DNA from: the human T2T-CHM13v2.0 reference genome, Homo sapiens
Direction: 5' to 3' (one strand)
DNA length: 64,000 nt
Assembly: GCF_009914755.1 (NCBI RefSeq)
Contig: NC_060930.1
A program made the translations under genes and the position numbers. The notes under the pieces are model-generated. The model did not search any database, was not told the origin of the DNA, and saw nothing but the letters and a program-made list of their open reading frames with translations. The first letter of the stretch is position 1, and the number at the start of each line of letters is the position of its first letter. Below are positions 13,696 through 28,549 of this stretch, piece by piece.

Positions 13696-15378
13696 TTGAT
13701 AGTTGTGGTAGGTACTGCCCTCTTTATCCCTAACTGGATAAGACCAAGGAAGCATGTAGTCATATTTCTCTCCTAAGACTAGGTGGTAGGCCTGGCTTAG
13801 GATAGAAGCCAAAATCATAGACTACAAAGTGAAGAATTGGAAAGAACGTGGATCTTTAATGACTTGATCAACAAATCCTGAAGCCTATCCTGTACTACCC
13901 AGTCACAAAAATTAGTAAATATTCTTATGTATAAGCTAGTTTATATTGTCTTACAACGGAATGACATCTGTTTGAATTTCTTATGATGTTAAACACCAAC
14001 TCTGAATAAGGTTGGGTAACTACCCTGAGTAAGGTTAGGTAAAGTGATTGATACTAACCCCCATTTATAGCTAGAGGTCACTATTATTCATTAGGAACAG
14101 ACTAAAATATTAACTAAATACTTCTGTGTCCAGAGCATTTTGATAATGACTAGTAATTGACACTAAAATTTAAAACTCAAGCCATTAACAATGACAAACC
14201 AAAAACTGTGCTTTCAAACTGAAGTACTTAAAATGTAACTGTAGTTTCACAGGTAAAAATGATAGATATAAAACTATAACAATTTGCAATAGAAATTGAG
14301 TGTGAGGTGTAGGAATCAGAGAATTTTATAGAAGTTTTACTTAGGTCAGCTGGTTCGAGATGTAAGTGGGTCTTCGGTTTAGACAGATGGAAACAGACGG
14401 AGGAGATCACAGCTGAGGTGAGGATTGGCAAAATAATCTGTAGCATAATTAGATTACAAAGTTGGTGCTTTCAGTTTGAAGCTTGGTGCATTCAGTTTGA
14501 AGCTTATAAATACTACTTCGACTTGTATTTCAAATTTTTTACACTTCAATTTTGTAAAACACTGAGCAAAAATATCTGCTCTGCATCTCATCTCTATAAA
14601 AACTTCTTTGTCAATAGAGATTGGCCTCCATAAGCTGAATACATTATCGTTATTCAAAATGATCAGGAAGCAATGCTAAAGTCATAGCAAAGTAATTTCT
14701 GTTTCTCCATACTTTTTTTTATTCTTCTGGCTGTGGGAAAACATAGATCAATACTCTTCAGCATGAAAATTCTGCAATGAAATTTTCATTTGTAACAAAC
14801 AGCAACAAAAAAGCCTTAAGCATGCCCTGTCACTTTCAGTTTAGGAGAAAATGCACTAATAAACTCTTACCCTTGGGTCATCTTTGACAACAGGCAATAC
14901 CATGCCAGCTCTTATTAAAGACTATTCATATCACTGCCCCCAAAATTTCCTTTAAAATTACCATCTTTTGTATCCATGTAACAGGATGTCAGCTTTAAAA
15001 GTGCCAATGAGAGATAGGACCTGTCAGCACAGTTAATTCTCAGCACTGTTTCAACACCAAGACAGCTGACCCCCGAGAGTATGTTTTTGGTTAGTAATAT
15101 TTATTTGGTGGTTATCTCTACAAACAAGAAAACTTATTCCTCTGTATTGGTTTTCAAATAAAACAGCAAGCAAAGTATCACCTGTACGTATTAAATATAG
15201 AACAACCTAAAGTGTGTTGAAAGAAAAATAAAATTGTCAAAACTATCAAAATATATTTCTAAAATGATAGCAGATTCTGGATAACAAATTCAAAATGCCA
15301 TCATCTTTCAACTCAACCTTTCCAACATAAAAATCACAAAACTTATGGCAGGACTTTCTTTAAAAAAAGGAAAAATAA

Positions 15379-15684
<306 letters not shown>

Positions 15685-16789
15685 TCAAAATTTTCAATGA
15701 AATTTAAGGATCCTCTTTCTTATAAATTTTATTGAAATAATTATTAATTTAACAAGTAATACTGCTGGAAGAGCATTGTAATGTAGTTGTCTCCAGGTAA
15801 GGAAAACCAGGCTTTGATAAAATAATAAAATCTACTTATCAATTAAGATAAACAAAAGAGATCCAGTAATGACAAAATGATTCTCTTTTAAAATAAACAG
15901 GCAGAAAATGTTCGCATGAAAGAAGAAACTATACATATAAAGGGAGCACCTGGATAAAAGCATAAACAGGTCTTCTACAATCTTTTGAGAAATACATCAA
16001 GAGTGACTTTTCTGGAAAAAAATGTATAGATAACTATATAGAACATATATAACTATGTATTATACATCACTGTTATTCAAAAGCATTCTAGGTACACTAT
16101 TAAGATACCATCTCCTTCACTGGTTGCAAATTGTGAACGCATATATGGTAAAGAAGATCCAGTGAGCATGATAATTCAATAGCACGCCCACGTTCCTGTA
16201 GCCATAGCATATTAATCACCCTGAAGATTACCCAAGGACACCTTCAGGCTTTCAAAATTAGGCTCAGGTGAGAGAGATGCTGGAATGGGACTTAACAAAG
16301 ATGCATGTGTGAACATGTGATAAATTGTTTCTCTGCCTAAATACGGAAGTCAAATACTATCATATTTTCTTAATTGAAACTGGGATCTCATGAACTTGTG
16401 CAGGTGATATGAGCTGAATACGGAGACATCAGACAAGTTACACTGAAAATAGTCGTATTTAATCTATAAAGTTTTTTTAAAAAATGAGTGATAGAGTCTT
16501 CCAAGACTAAAGTTTACAAGAGGTTGATCGCATCATCCAATAATGGTAATGCGAGGGAAAACTGTAGTGGAAAAGAATGAGCTCACCATTAAGAATCAAG
16601 AAACAATGGGTTCTATTCTGGCTGTCAATCATTAGATTTAATTTGCTCTGGGTAAATTATCATAAAGTGTGAATTTCAAATTTCTTTTCGTTAAAAATAT
16701 CAAAGGTTAAAGTATTAAAAACAAGACAATATTGAATAATATATGTAAAAGATATTTGATGCCAAGCATTATAAAATATGGACATATCT

Positions 16790-17440
16790 CATATTCTCCT
16801 TCCAGCCCGTAGGCCTCGGCATGTGCTGTGTTCTCTGCTTGCTGGTGTTTCTTTCTCTTGCCCCTGACTCTACATCCATACCCCTACTTGGGCAACTTTC
16901 TCTCAACCTTCAGATCCTTACTCAAAGAAAACTCACTTGCAAATGCCTTCCATGATAGTTTTACAGTCTCAGCCCCAGTTTAGATATTTTTGCTAAAGTC
17001 TCTCACACTTCTCCTCGAAGAGACTTAAACAGGTTACGATTATTTTCATTTGTGTCAATATTGATTGATGCTTGATATCCTACTCAACGGAGCTGCTTTA
17101 CCTCTAGATTTTCATATGGCTGAAGTCTCTATTTTTATTTTTAAGCTTTCAGCTCAGTTGTTACCTTCTCAGAGTGGTAACCTTAAGACTGGTTCCAGAA
17201 CACCTTAACTAAAATATCAATTTCCATCGTTTTGTGTCTATTTTTCCTTCATAGCCCATACCATGACTTGATACTACATTTTTAACACCTGTCTATATAG
17301 TCTGCCTAACATAATTCAATATGATGCTCCATGTGGGTAGGGACATTGTATTACATTTACAATCGTATCTCCAATATCTACAACCTAGAACAGTGCTTAC
17401 AATATAAGAGGGACTCTATACATCTTAAATGAATGTAATA
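16790..17440 (+). mobile_element. L2 3' fragments
   Basis: ctccatgtgggtagggacattg...cctagaacagtgcttacaatat...aaatgaatg resembles the L2 3' terminus. Confidence 0.55.
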
Positions 17441-18045
17441 TGTGTTTTGCACTTGTACTTTTCCAGTATTCACTACAAATATGTACTGATATGTCATAAT
17501 CCCTGACATTCTTCTAGTAACTTTAGTATCCAAGAATATTAGTGAGGACTGTTTGGTAGTTCTAACTTTCTAAGATTCTATAAGAGACATGCATCAGTGA
17601 AAATTCACTATTGGGTTTTGATACCAGTAAAATTTGTAGGACTATATGGAAATAGAAACTTGGACCTTGACTTCATTGCCACAATGCTTCAAAGAAAAGT
17701 AGTATCCGCAGAACTGTTTTAAACGGGAAGAACTAGATCTAAAGTTAAAATACAAACGAGGTGATGACAATGTGGAATAAGGTATTTGATATATTTAGTC
17801 CACTTAGAGCATTATAAAATAGATTTCTTTCAATGGCAAACACTTACTAGAAACTTCAAAAACTTTACAAACTACAGTCTTAATTTCACCTTCACACATT
17901 CTGAGAAATTGTATGATGATATATTTTTTATAGTGACTTGACATCAGAAACACTATGGTTTAAAAATCAATCAAAATATCTACAGAGTTGCTTTTGTTCT
18001 AATAAAGCCATGCAATTTCGTGAAGTGAAAACAATTTCACCTTAC

Positions 18046-18220
18046 CTCTCACAATAAGTTGAGCAAAATTGGACACACCGGAACCTCGTTCTGACTGAGT
18101 TACACAGCGATACAAATCCTGGTCAGTTTTTGTCACTTCTTGCAATCTGAAGGAAGCGGCAAACCTTCTATGATTGATGTTCTTAGTCTGGGCTACTGGT
18201 ATATCTTCTCCATTTCGTCT
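18046..18220 (-). CDS. PTPRK: PTPRK coding exon (exon 6), second half of Ig domain, 175 nt, phase 0 to 1
   Basis: ggtttctgtttgcag|AGACGAAAT...GTGAGAG|gtaagg; translates RRNGEDIPVAQTKNINHRRFAASFRLQEVTKTDQDLYRCVTQSERGSGVSNFAQLIVR with the Ig F-strand DxxxYxC motif; matches ORF 17999..18226. Confidence 0.97.
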
Positions 18221-18390
18221 CTGCAAACAGAAACCAATCTTTAAAAACAGGTTCTTACTATTTTCATAAATCTATAAAGCATCTTAGCAAGCAATATCTG
18301 TGATAAATTATTCTTGTTGCAAAAGAGCCACAATTTTTTTCCATTGTCAATCAGGAAAAGAATGTAAGTAAATACTGGTATCCTCGAAAG

Positions 18391-18724
18391 CAGTGGTCCT
18401 CAACCTTTTCGGCACAAAAGACCAGTTTCCTGGAAGACAATTTTTCTATGGAACAATGAGGGGATGATTTCAGGATGAAACTGTTCCACCTCAAATCATC
18501 AGGCATTAGATTCTCACAGGCACTCACAGCCTAGATCCCTTGCATTCACAGTTCACAGTAGAGTTCGTGCTCCTATGAGAATCTAATGCCACAGCTGATC
18601 TGATAGGAGGCAGAGCTCAGGTGGCAATGCTTGCTCACCCACTGCTCACCTCCTGCTGTGTGGCCCTGTTCCTGACAGGCCACAGACCAGTACCAGTTTG
18701 CAGCCTGGGGGTTGGGGACCCCTG
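18391..18724 (+). mobile_element. MER1B (hAT-Charlie MITE)
   Basis: TIRs cagtggtcctcaacc / ggttggggacccctg; 8-bp TSD-like ctcgaaag / ctctaaaa; about 335 bp. Confidence 0.88.
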
Positions 18725-19199
18725 CTCTAAAAGGTGTAGGGCTGACACTATGGTAGTAATTCTCAGTTCTCCATAAATTGCTACTACACCAGAGTAAATG
18801 AATTAACAGGAGAGTTAATGGGTCCAAGGCAAATGATTCATTGCCCCCATGCTCTCAGAGTAATATATACAAGCTTCTTTTAGCCCTTATGCTGTATTGC
18901 CTGTGCTGTAGTATGTTTTTCCCCACCAGAAGAGTAAGAGCATTGCCTGTGCATCTCTGTATTCCAAATGTGTAGCATGTGCTGGCCACAGAATGATAAT
19001 AAACTAATGATGAATAATTTAGAGTCAAACCAAAATCTGTACTCTTTGCAAACAACTCTCTCTTTGGCATTAATGACAGCCAATTTATACATTTTAGAGA
19101 ATTAGTCAAAAGAGCCTAAACTTTGAAAGCATACCTGTCAAATTTCAAAATGAAATACTGGAAGCCATATTTATGATATCAGCATATCCCAGACAAGAG

Positions 19200-19940
19200 T
19201 AATAAGTATAAACTAATAGGAAATGACTGAAAAAAATTCAACTATAAAAAATTTATAACCTCTATATGTTCAAAGACATCATATATAAAGGGGAAAAAAC
19301 AAGTCACAAATAGTGATAAGTCATTTGTCAAGGAAATACCCATCAAGGAATAAATAGCCAGAATACGTAAAGATCTTCTATATGCAATTAGAAAAAAAGA
19401 TAACTCAATCAAAAGTGAATAGGGTATAAAAAAGAGAAAGTGTATGTCTAACAACCATGAAATGAGATTGTCAATCTAAATTTTAAAACTTCTATATGTC
19501 AAAGACAGCAAAAAGGACAAAGAAAACCCACAACGCTGAGAAAGAATTGGTCATGATCCACAACCTCATTTCTTGTTGGTGAAATTCTAACTACCCCTGG
19601 TATCTTTCATATTACTTGAAATATCACTTCATAGGGCTATATATGGGAAACAAAAATGATAACATTCCTGTTGGAAGTGTAAACTGCTAGAGTGACTTTA
19701 GAAAATGATTTGTTACTATCTAGTAAAGTTGAGGATGCATAAACCTCAGGACCCGGCAATTCTACTTCTAGGTTTCCACATTTGAACCACCAGTGTATGT
19801 GGGATCAAGGAGATACGTACAAGATGTTGAACTCTAAATTATCTGTGATTGTGAAATATGGAAAATATCCAAATATTTCTGAGTAGCAAATAAATAAACT
19901 GAATTTTATTCATTCAGTAAGATACGATGGGACAGTTAAA
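19200..19940 (+). mobile_element. Ancient L1M (L1MC/ME-like) ORF2 3' fragment
   Basis: gtaaagttgaggatgcataaacctcaggacccggcaattctacttctagg and related motifs. Confidence 0.65.
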
Positions 19941-19956
19941 CTAGGCAAGGAAAAAC

Positions 19957-20144
19957 CAGCAATGTATTGGTAAAATTTGGAACTGTTAGTTCTCCAACAA
20001 GAAACATAAAATGCCATTTTGTAGTATTTGTCCATTTCTGGGGTGTAAATACTCCACTATAGCAACTTCAGTTTATCAGTGTGATATCAAAGTTCCTGAA
20101 AACTTAACAAATTTCTGGCACTCATTGGTTCCAGCATTCCACTG
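19957..20144 (+). mobile_element. MER63A-like hAT element
   Basis: ggtgtaaatactccac...aagttcctgaaaacttaacaa...ccagcattccactg, similar to the longer copy at 62464. Confidence 0.6.
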
Positions 20145-20366
20145 ATTAGTACTACATGTATGCATGTTTAAATGTTAATTTAAAAATTCCTTAAGGATAA
20201 GATGACATGAGACAAAAATATAAACTGTTAACTTCTATTAAATTAGGGTGGTGGTACATTAATGGCTATTTTATTGTTTTCTATGATTTTTTGTACATTT
20301 GAAATTATATTTTTAGAGTAAATAATAAAGAGGATACTCTATTGCTTTAATAATTTTCTAAATCCT

Positions 20367-20733
<367 letters not shown>

Positions 20734-23609
20734 TCATGCATATGCATATTATGTAGTAAATACATATATGTTTCTGCATATGCATACAAAAATACCTAAG
20801 GACATCAAATCCAAATCAGGATTTTGCTATTTTTTATTCATTACTTTTGTTAATTTTTCTCTGCTTACCAACCTATTTCAGGATTTTTGCAGCAAGATCC
20901 CCCACTCATTCCCTTGGATAATAAGGAACTGAAAAAGCAGCTTATATCCAAAAATATAAATCCATAAAATCAGCCAAAACTCTTTCCCTACAAACCACAT
21001 AAACCAAAAAAAAAAATTATACATGCAAACCTCAGACTGCGTTTTTTTCAATTAGCACATCATTTCCATACAATCTTCCTAATTGGAAGGCCCACCACGC
21101 TGCTTACTTTTGTTATACAACCTTATCTGGGCTTCCTCTAGCTTATCTCTCCAGGTGTGTTCTCAAACTCTCTCCTTGCTCCCTGCCATATGTATTTCTC
21201 AGTTCTTCTGCACGACTAGCCAATTCCCACTGCCTGTACTGACTTCCAAATTCTCTTGCACATGTCCACACCCACTCAAGTCTTCTCACACTATGCCTTT
21301 CAAAACCCTTCTCTTGTGAAGAGATTCTGAGTATCCTTAATGTTTCCTTCTCAATAATCATTATTCCATCTTTTCACCTTTATTGGCATTCCTCTCACAA
21401 CACTACTATCTCAAAGGAGGGTACATTTTATGGTACCTTACACCCTCTTTCAGGGACAGCTACCATTTTCCTGGTTCCTAACTTGAAGACAACTCTTCCA
21501 CTTTCCCACTCAATCACCTCTCAACTTTTGGAATTCGCAGGGTGCCCACATATCATTCCCATCACTGGGAATATTCACAGACCAAATTATCCTCCCTAAC
21601 CCAGTCCTGTGAATATTCCCATTGATCCTCAAACTCACTTTGGCCTCAGTGATCCCCAACAGCCTCCCTTACCACCTTACAACATCCAAGTTCCTGTGCT
21701 GTGACAGTTTCCTCTCGAATCATAACAGCCCGTGCAATTCAGTCTCTCACTCCTTCAATCCTCTACATTGGCAGTGAGACCTCATTTTGTGACCCTTATC
21801 TTTACAGGAGTCATTTCAAAGAGACATTCTCTAGCCTGAAAGGGCTCCAGATTCTTTCAACTTTCTATTGTTTATGCATTGCCAATATTGAATTTGCACT
21901 ATCTTATCAACTATTCTAAAACTACTGACATTTGCAGAAATCGGTCATTTGTTCTTATGAAAAATGTCTGTGTTATCTAAAAATGGAGATTAAAAACTTG
22001 CAGACATTCCTACTTGATTTCCACGTGACCTGATCTGTGGTATCTAGCTCCTTCCCCTCTGCCTCAAGTTCGCATTCCATCAGCTCATATATACTCTTCC
22101 CTTTCTACTCCTGCTGACAGGGTCATGGATACTGCCTCAAAAACTCTATAAAAGATTATAAAAACTTATTAACTGACTTTTCTATCTTAAATCTTTTCTA
22201 CTATGATATATTTATCAATGTCTTTTCATCTGTTTGTATACTGAAATCATTCTGAAGGTAGGGTTTCATGTCTCATTTATATATATTTTTTCCTCCATAA
22301 TATTTAATATATATTATCTTTATTTAGCGGGTGGCTCAAGTACTTTGTTAAAATGAATTAAATTCACTGAACATTTTAGAGACAAGAGTCACATAAATCC
22401 TCCTTAGGCTTTTATTAAGTTATAATAAAATACACATTAATCATCAATCCAAATTAATAATAAAGGGAGGTTACAAAAATATTGAATTTCAAGGACACCA
22501 AGAGATCACTGACACCAAGCTATTTCAGAAATAATTATACCACAACTCAGAGAGGCTGAGGGGTATACTTAAACTCATCCAGGCAAGATATCACCAAGCT
22601 GATATATTACATGATGCTTATATGTGTGTGTATTAATATACTAATATAACTATAAATACATATGCTTATATAGGATGTATATTATATAATTAATGAGTAC
22701 AAAAGACTTATGTGATATTTATTTCTTGAAATAAAATAACAAAATTAACAGTCATAATATTCAGGTTTATCTTCAATAATCATTTAATAAGCACCTCCAT
22801 GTACCTTATATTATGTGAGCTGTTACTGGTTCTGTGGCTTCTCTCTCTTATGAACTTTTCTGATACAGTCATATCCAATTAAAGTTCAGAAAGATTAGAA
22901 ATGTGATGCACATAGCCTGTTAGCAGGACTAAAATTCAAAACTAGGTTTGATGACCTAAAATACAGCAGACTTTCCTCTAAACTAAACCAAAGCTGTTAT
23001 GTTCATTTTGGTTACAGTTCCTATCCAACAAATTGATTATTTAGTATTGAGGTTTAATCAAGGCATCGTTCCAATGGGCTAATATAATCTATATTAGACA
23101 TTGCTTTCTTTACTTGGCTTCCAACGATTCATTAGAGCTAAAGGTAACAATTGAAAACATTTAAATTCTAGAAGTCAAAAATAACTTTTCCTTTTATAGG
23201 CTCTTTATTCTGCTTTGAGTTTTTATATATGATTTCTCCATTGCAAATGTATACCCACCTCTGAGAAGTACTGAAAAATGAATCACACAAATATATGATC
23301 CAAGGGATTATAACCTAGCACTACTTTTTTTACCTGCTTTCCATCCCGCCCTCCAATCCATCTCAGGCTTCTGTATTTATTTTGTCTCCAATACAAGTTG
23401 CTGGATAAAACTTGTCACTTACCAAGTAACCCTGGGCAAGTCACTATAATCCTCAATGTTATCACTCCTCTCCTCTACTATACTAAGTCAGCTTCATCAT
23501 GCACAGTGCATGCAGTATTCATTTGACAAGTTTCATTCCTGGTGGAATATAGTGGTAATAAAGGTTGATTCTCCAACATCTATTTTCACCAGCCAGGCTA
23601 TTAACCAAA

Positions 23610-23750
23610 CACCTTGCCATGTGGTCTACAGACCAGTAGCATCAGCATCAACTGGCAGATTGTTACAAATGAAGAGTCAAGAGATCACTTTAGATATATT
23701 GTATCAAAATCTGCATCAAGATATTACACGTGGAGACACACTGGGCCATT
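23610..23750. mobile_element. MER5-like fragment
   Basis: gaccagtagcatcagcatcaactgg...tcaaaatctgcat. Confidence 0.5.
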
Positions 23751-25484
23751 AACACTAGGTTAACCTGAGTCTTCTTTCCATTAACAGTGACATGTTTTTA
23801 AAATGGGGTATCGGTCCATATTCTGGCCAAGGAGATATGATAGGAATTGGTCAAGTTATTTCTAAAAAGGTTTCCTCACTTCTAAGGAGACATAAGAAAA
23901 TGGGTTCCCTTTGCTTTTTCTTACTGTCATGCCAAAACCTGGAAGAGCTGATTCATCACCATAAGGCAGTCCAGTCTAAGGGAAATGCTGATGCACTCAG
24001 GATGGCATATCAGGCAGAGAGACAGAGGAAGTTACTTATCAAATCTCTGAAATGACACCAACAATTACTAGAGCCCAATTCTCTTTGGACTTTTTGTTAA
24101 ATGAAATAATACATTTGGTTTTCTATTACTTTCAGCTTGAAAGTATCCTAAAAGAAATATGGTATAATTAAAATATGTTACACTTTACTTCAGAGTCTCT
24201 TTTCAAAGTTTGAGGAATAAAATCAATCCAGTTTCATTTCAGACTAAAAAGAGCTGCACTGACAATACATGTCGAGATTATTTCAAGGCTATTGACTTGA
24301 AAATAATCAAATTACATTTATTTATATATTTATTTCTTCATTGACTTTCATATATCATTGACTATCATATGTCATTGACATAATGATATATGATTCTCTC
24401 ATCTTCTTAAAATTGTAGGACTCAGAAAGAGCCTATTTTCTTATGTTTGATATTTAGGTCCCTGTTGAACAGCATCAAGAAGACTGCATATGAGTTGTCA
24501 AAATGAATTCCAAAGTGAATTTGCACAACTACGACCAAGTGAGGCTGACGTGAAATTTACAACATTCCAGCCAAATTAATCCCAAGGAACTGAGAGTTCC
24601 TTACTAGAGCTTGTCTGCTTTATAAGATTTGTATGAATTTTTTTCAGTCTCACAGGATGATAAAGATACTATCATCATCACAATCACCATTATTGAAGAA
24701 CAAAATAATTCTATAATTCCAAAAACATGAAATCATTTTAAAGACAATTTTAAAAACATGAAAGTATTTCACAGAAAACTTAAATTTAGAAATTTCTAAA
24801 ATTAAAAAATACTATGTTATTATTTTGAGAGAAGCACTGTTTCTTATTTATGGCCATAGAAATTATTATACTTATTTCATTAGAGTAAGTAAATAGTGTT
24901 CTCCTAGAAAAAAAAAATATGCTGAAATGACAATAAATTCAAACTATTGACTATCTGGCAATGGAAGGATGGAAGAAGGTAAATGAATACCATTTGACAG
25001 AGAGAGAAAGAGGTGGTGAATATTATAATTCTGAAATAAAGCAGGGTAAAGATGTGCTGGAGATAGCAAATACTAGAATCAGATTAATCAAGTGTAACAA
25101 AATATAAAGTCAGCTATTCAACAAGAAAAAGAGTTTCACCCTAGGAAGCATGAGTATCTTTGCAATGGAGAGAAAAGGTGACCAATAAGAGGAGCCACAC
25201 GGACAGAGCAGGTGTAAGTGACAGAACCATGTCTGCTGGGGATGATACCCAGCTTCTAGCCCTGAAGTAACCATTTGTGAGCTGAACAATTTCTCATTAC
25301 TTCTCAAATCTCTACCTTTTCATCTAACATTGGGTATATGTATTTGTACCAACTTATTCAACAGAGATGATGAGAATACTCTGTGAGATTGCTGTGCAAA
25401 GGTATTCATAGCAAATTCTGATAATCACAATATTATGAAGATGATAATCCAAACAATATCTAAGCAAATAATCTGTTTGATAAC

Positions 25485-25882
25485 TGTGTCAGTCTTTTGA
25501 TGTGTGTACTTGCCTATGCTACAATCTCCAGTTATTTCATTAAATACTAAACTAGGTGACCTTGTGAAGGCATTTTGTGAATGGACTTAAAATCCATAAT
25601 CTAGTAAATAAGATTATCCTAGATAGTCTGAGTGGACTGGATTGAATCAGTTGAAAGGCTTTAAGACCAGGGGTGAGGCTTCTCCGAAGTAGAAGAAATT
25701 CTACCAGTGAACAACAGCTTCAGTCTGTGCATGCATGTTTTAGCCTGCCCTCCCCAAGGGCTTGCCCTACAGACTTCAGACTTGCCTAGCCAATCTGCAC
25801 AAGCACATAAACCAATTCCTTGCAGTAAATCTCTTCAATTTTGTAAATAAAATCCTACTATATGTAATCTTATAATTATATA

Positions 25883-25919
<37 letters not shown>

Positions 25920-25970
25920 CAATAAAATCATATCTATCTCCTACTGGTTCTGCTTTACTTTCTTGAGGCC
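25485..25970 (+). mobile_element. MLT2 (D-like) ERVL LTR containing (TA)n
   Basis: gattatcctagatagtctgagtggactggattgaatcagttgaaagg...cagacttcagacttgcc...aaaccaattccttgc...ctcctactggttctg; (TA)n at 25887-25917. Confidence 0.78.
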
Positions 25971-25984
25971 AGAGGGACAGAGAT

Positions 25985-26370
25985 GATTTTAGGACCAGAA
26001 GTGCTTCTAGAGAATCAGATTTTTATGGATGAACTTTCTGATTTGGTTCTGATTCTGGGTTTACTGAAATTTATTTTTCAGTCTGATTAGATTTAAAGGT
26101 ACTTATAACCTCTCTTGCCAGTGGCAAAGAAGACACTACTAGTCCACTACATGATGCAGCAGTAGAGGCATGTAAAATATCACTCTTAGATATACTCCTA
26201 ATCAAGTATCTATGGAAGGCAAAGTTTTGGTAACCATGTATTTGCTACCTTAGAACATTTTAGTCAAACAAAGAAACAAGAACAAAGAAACAAACAAAGA
26301 AACATAATGGGATTGGCTGGTTGCTTCAAACGGCACTGTAGAAAGTGGAAACGTGATGCATATGAGTCCA
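25985..26370 (+). mobile_element. 5' part of ERVL internal region (leader/gag remnant) following the MLT2 LTR
   Basis: gattttaggaccagaagtgcttctagag...gtctgattagatttaaagg...gggattggctggttgctt. Confidence 0.62.
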
Positions 26371-27008
26371 CAACTATAAAACCATGCAATTTATAGAGTG
26401 AGAGGGAAGGTGGGTGAAGTCAGAAGACAAATGCAATGAAACCACCAGATCTGAGGGATTCTGGGAAGCTGATGGCAGTAGCGTAGTTTTTTAATCTTTC
26501 TGAACCTGCCACATAAAAACAGACTGACTAATAAGAGAGTATGGAAATAGAAGGACTAGACAAAAGTGGGGAAATCCCAGAAATCCCAAAAGGCAAGCTG
26601 CCGTATTTTAAAACATAACTCAAAGCAACAGAAGAGGGAAATCTGTAAAATCAGGTAAAGTTTCCTGAACCCCACCTCATTTTAAAACTTCAGGAAAACT
26701 TATTTCACATAAAAATGAATAACTTAAAAGTATCAAGATCAAACCCCACATATAGATTTTGTAAGATTAAAAGAAAATAAGGAACAGAGTATAATTCTTA
26801 GTGTCAATGAAAGTCAGTCAGAAAAATATGTCCATAAAACAGATCAAAACCGCAACATAATATTTCAAGATAAGCTAAAACATATTACGGAAATGATTCA
26901 TGAGATGAAACAATATAAACTTAAACAACAAAACTCAGAAATGAAATGACAATTAAGGAAAATTAGAAATTAAAGAAATATCATTATTAATTACTAGAAA
27001 TTATGAGT

Positions 27009-27275
27009 TCTCACTCATAAGTGGGAGACAAACAATGAGAACACATGGACATAGGGAGGGGAACATCACACACTGGGGCCTGTCAGGGGATAGGGGGCTA
27101 GGGGAGAGAGAACATTAGGAGAAATACCTAATGTAGGTGATGGGTTGATGAGTGCAGCAAACCACCATGGCACGTGTATACCTATGTAACAAACCTGTAT
27201 GTTTTGCACATGTACCCCAGAACTTAAAGTCTAATTAAAAAAAAAAAGAAAGAAAGAAATAGAGAGGGAAAAAAA
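27009..27275 (+). mobile_element. 5'-truncated L1PA (about PA7/8) 3'UTR insertion
   Basis: tctcactcataagtggg...gaaatacctaatgtaggtgatggg...aacttaaagt plus A tail; TSD agaaattatgagt at 26996-27008 and 27276-27288. Confidence 0.9.
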
Positions 27276-27485
27276 AGAAATTATGAGTAACTACAGTAAA
27301 GTCAACAGATGATTCCTGAATAATGAGTGAAAAAGGGGTAATTTTTAATGTTTAGAATAAGGAGAATAAAAATATTTGAAAGTGATCAATGATGACAGGC
27401 AAAGATCAAACAGAGAAAACAGAAGTCTCTACAGGATCAAGGGTACAGATAAAGTACTACAAATCATAGTTTTTTAAAAAACTTC

Positions 27486-27845
<360 letters not shown>

Positions 27846-28549
27846 CTACATAATGAAAGAAAATACCACATACCTGATGACAGTATCTCAGAGTGACCTA
27901 CTGTGATACATATTCTGGTAAGATTAATTAGAAACAATTATTTGCATATCTAGAAAAAATAGGTACAGACAGACACCAAGGCTTTATAGTGACTGACTGT
28001 ACCTATTCTGTCTGTGAAAGAAAATGAAGTAACATTATTTAAGTTACTCAATTAAAGAAAATGTGAATGAAAGATTTCATATACTGTGAAATTGACTTAA
28101 GAATCAAGGGCACAAAAAACTATTATCAACATCTAAGAACTCAGGGAATACTATTCCCATGAGCAGTTCCTAAGGAATTTGAAATGCAAAAAAGGTGTTT
28201 CTGACGTACAAAATTACTAGATATGACAGGTGGGCTAATATTGAATATTAAAAACATAGTTACATTTAGAAGTGAGACTAAATAAGAGCTAAGTAGAAGA
28301 AAGTATATTATCCATGCAATAGCTATATGCTGACAATGGAGCTTTAGTACAAGTTTCAAAATAAAATGAGATAAAACCAATGTATAATTATGATATATTC
28401 TAAATCCACCTTCCTTATGTCACTGACAACCAAGAATATCGGTGTGGAAATAAAATGTAACTGAAAAGTTGTAATAAGATAAACATTGAGTAAAAACCTT
28501 TAGGCTTCAACTTGAAATATCCCTATGAACTCATTAGGTATTTTATCAT

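Noticed and set aside
17999-18226. ORF as a standalone 75-aa gene
   Set aside because: It is PTPRK exon 6 plus flanking intron read-through
18502-18590. 15-bp inverted repeat ggcattagattctca / tgagaatctaatgcc near exon 6
   Set aside because: Internal feature of the MER1B element as I recall its consensus
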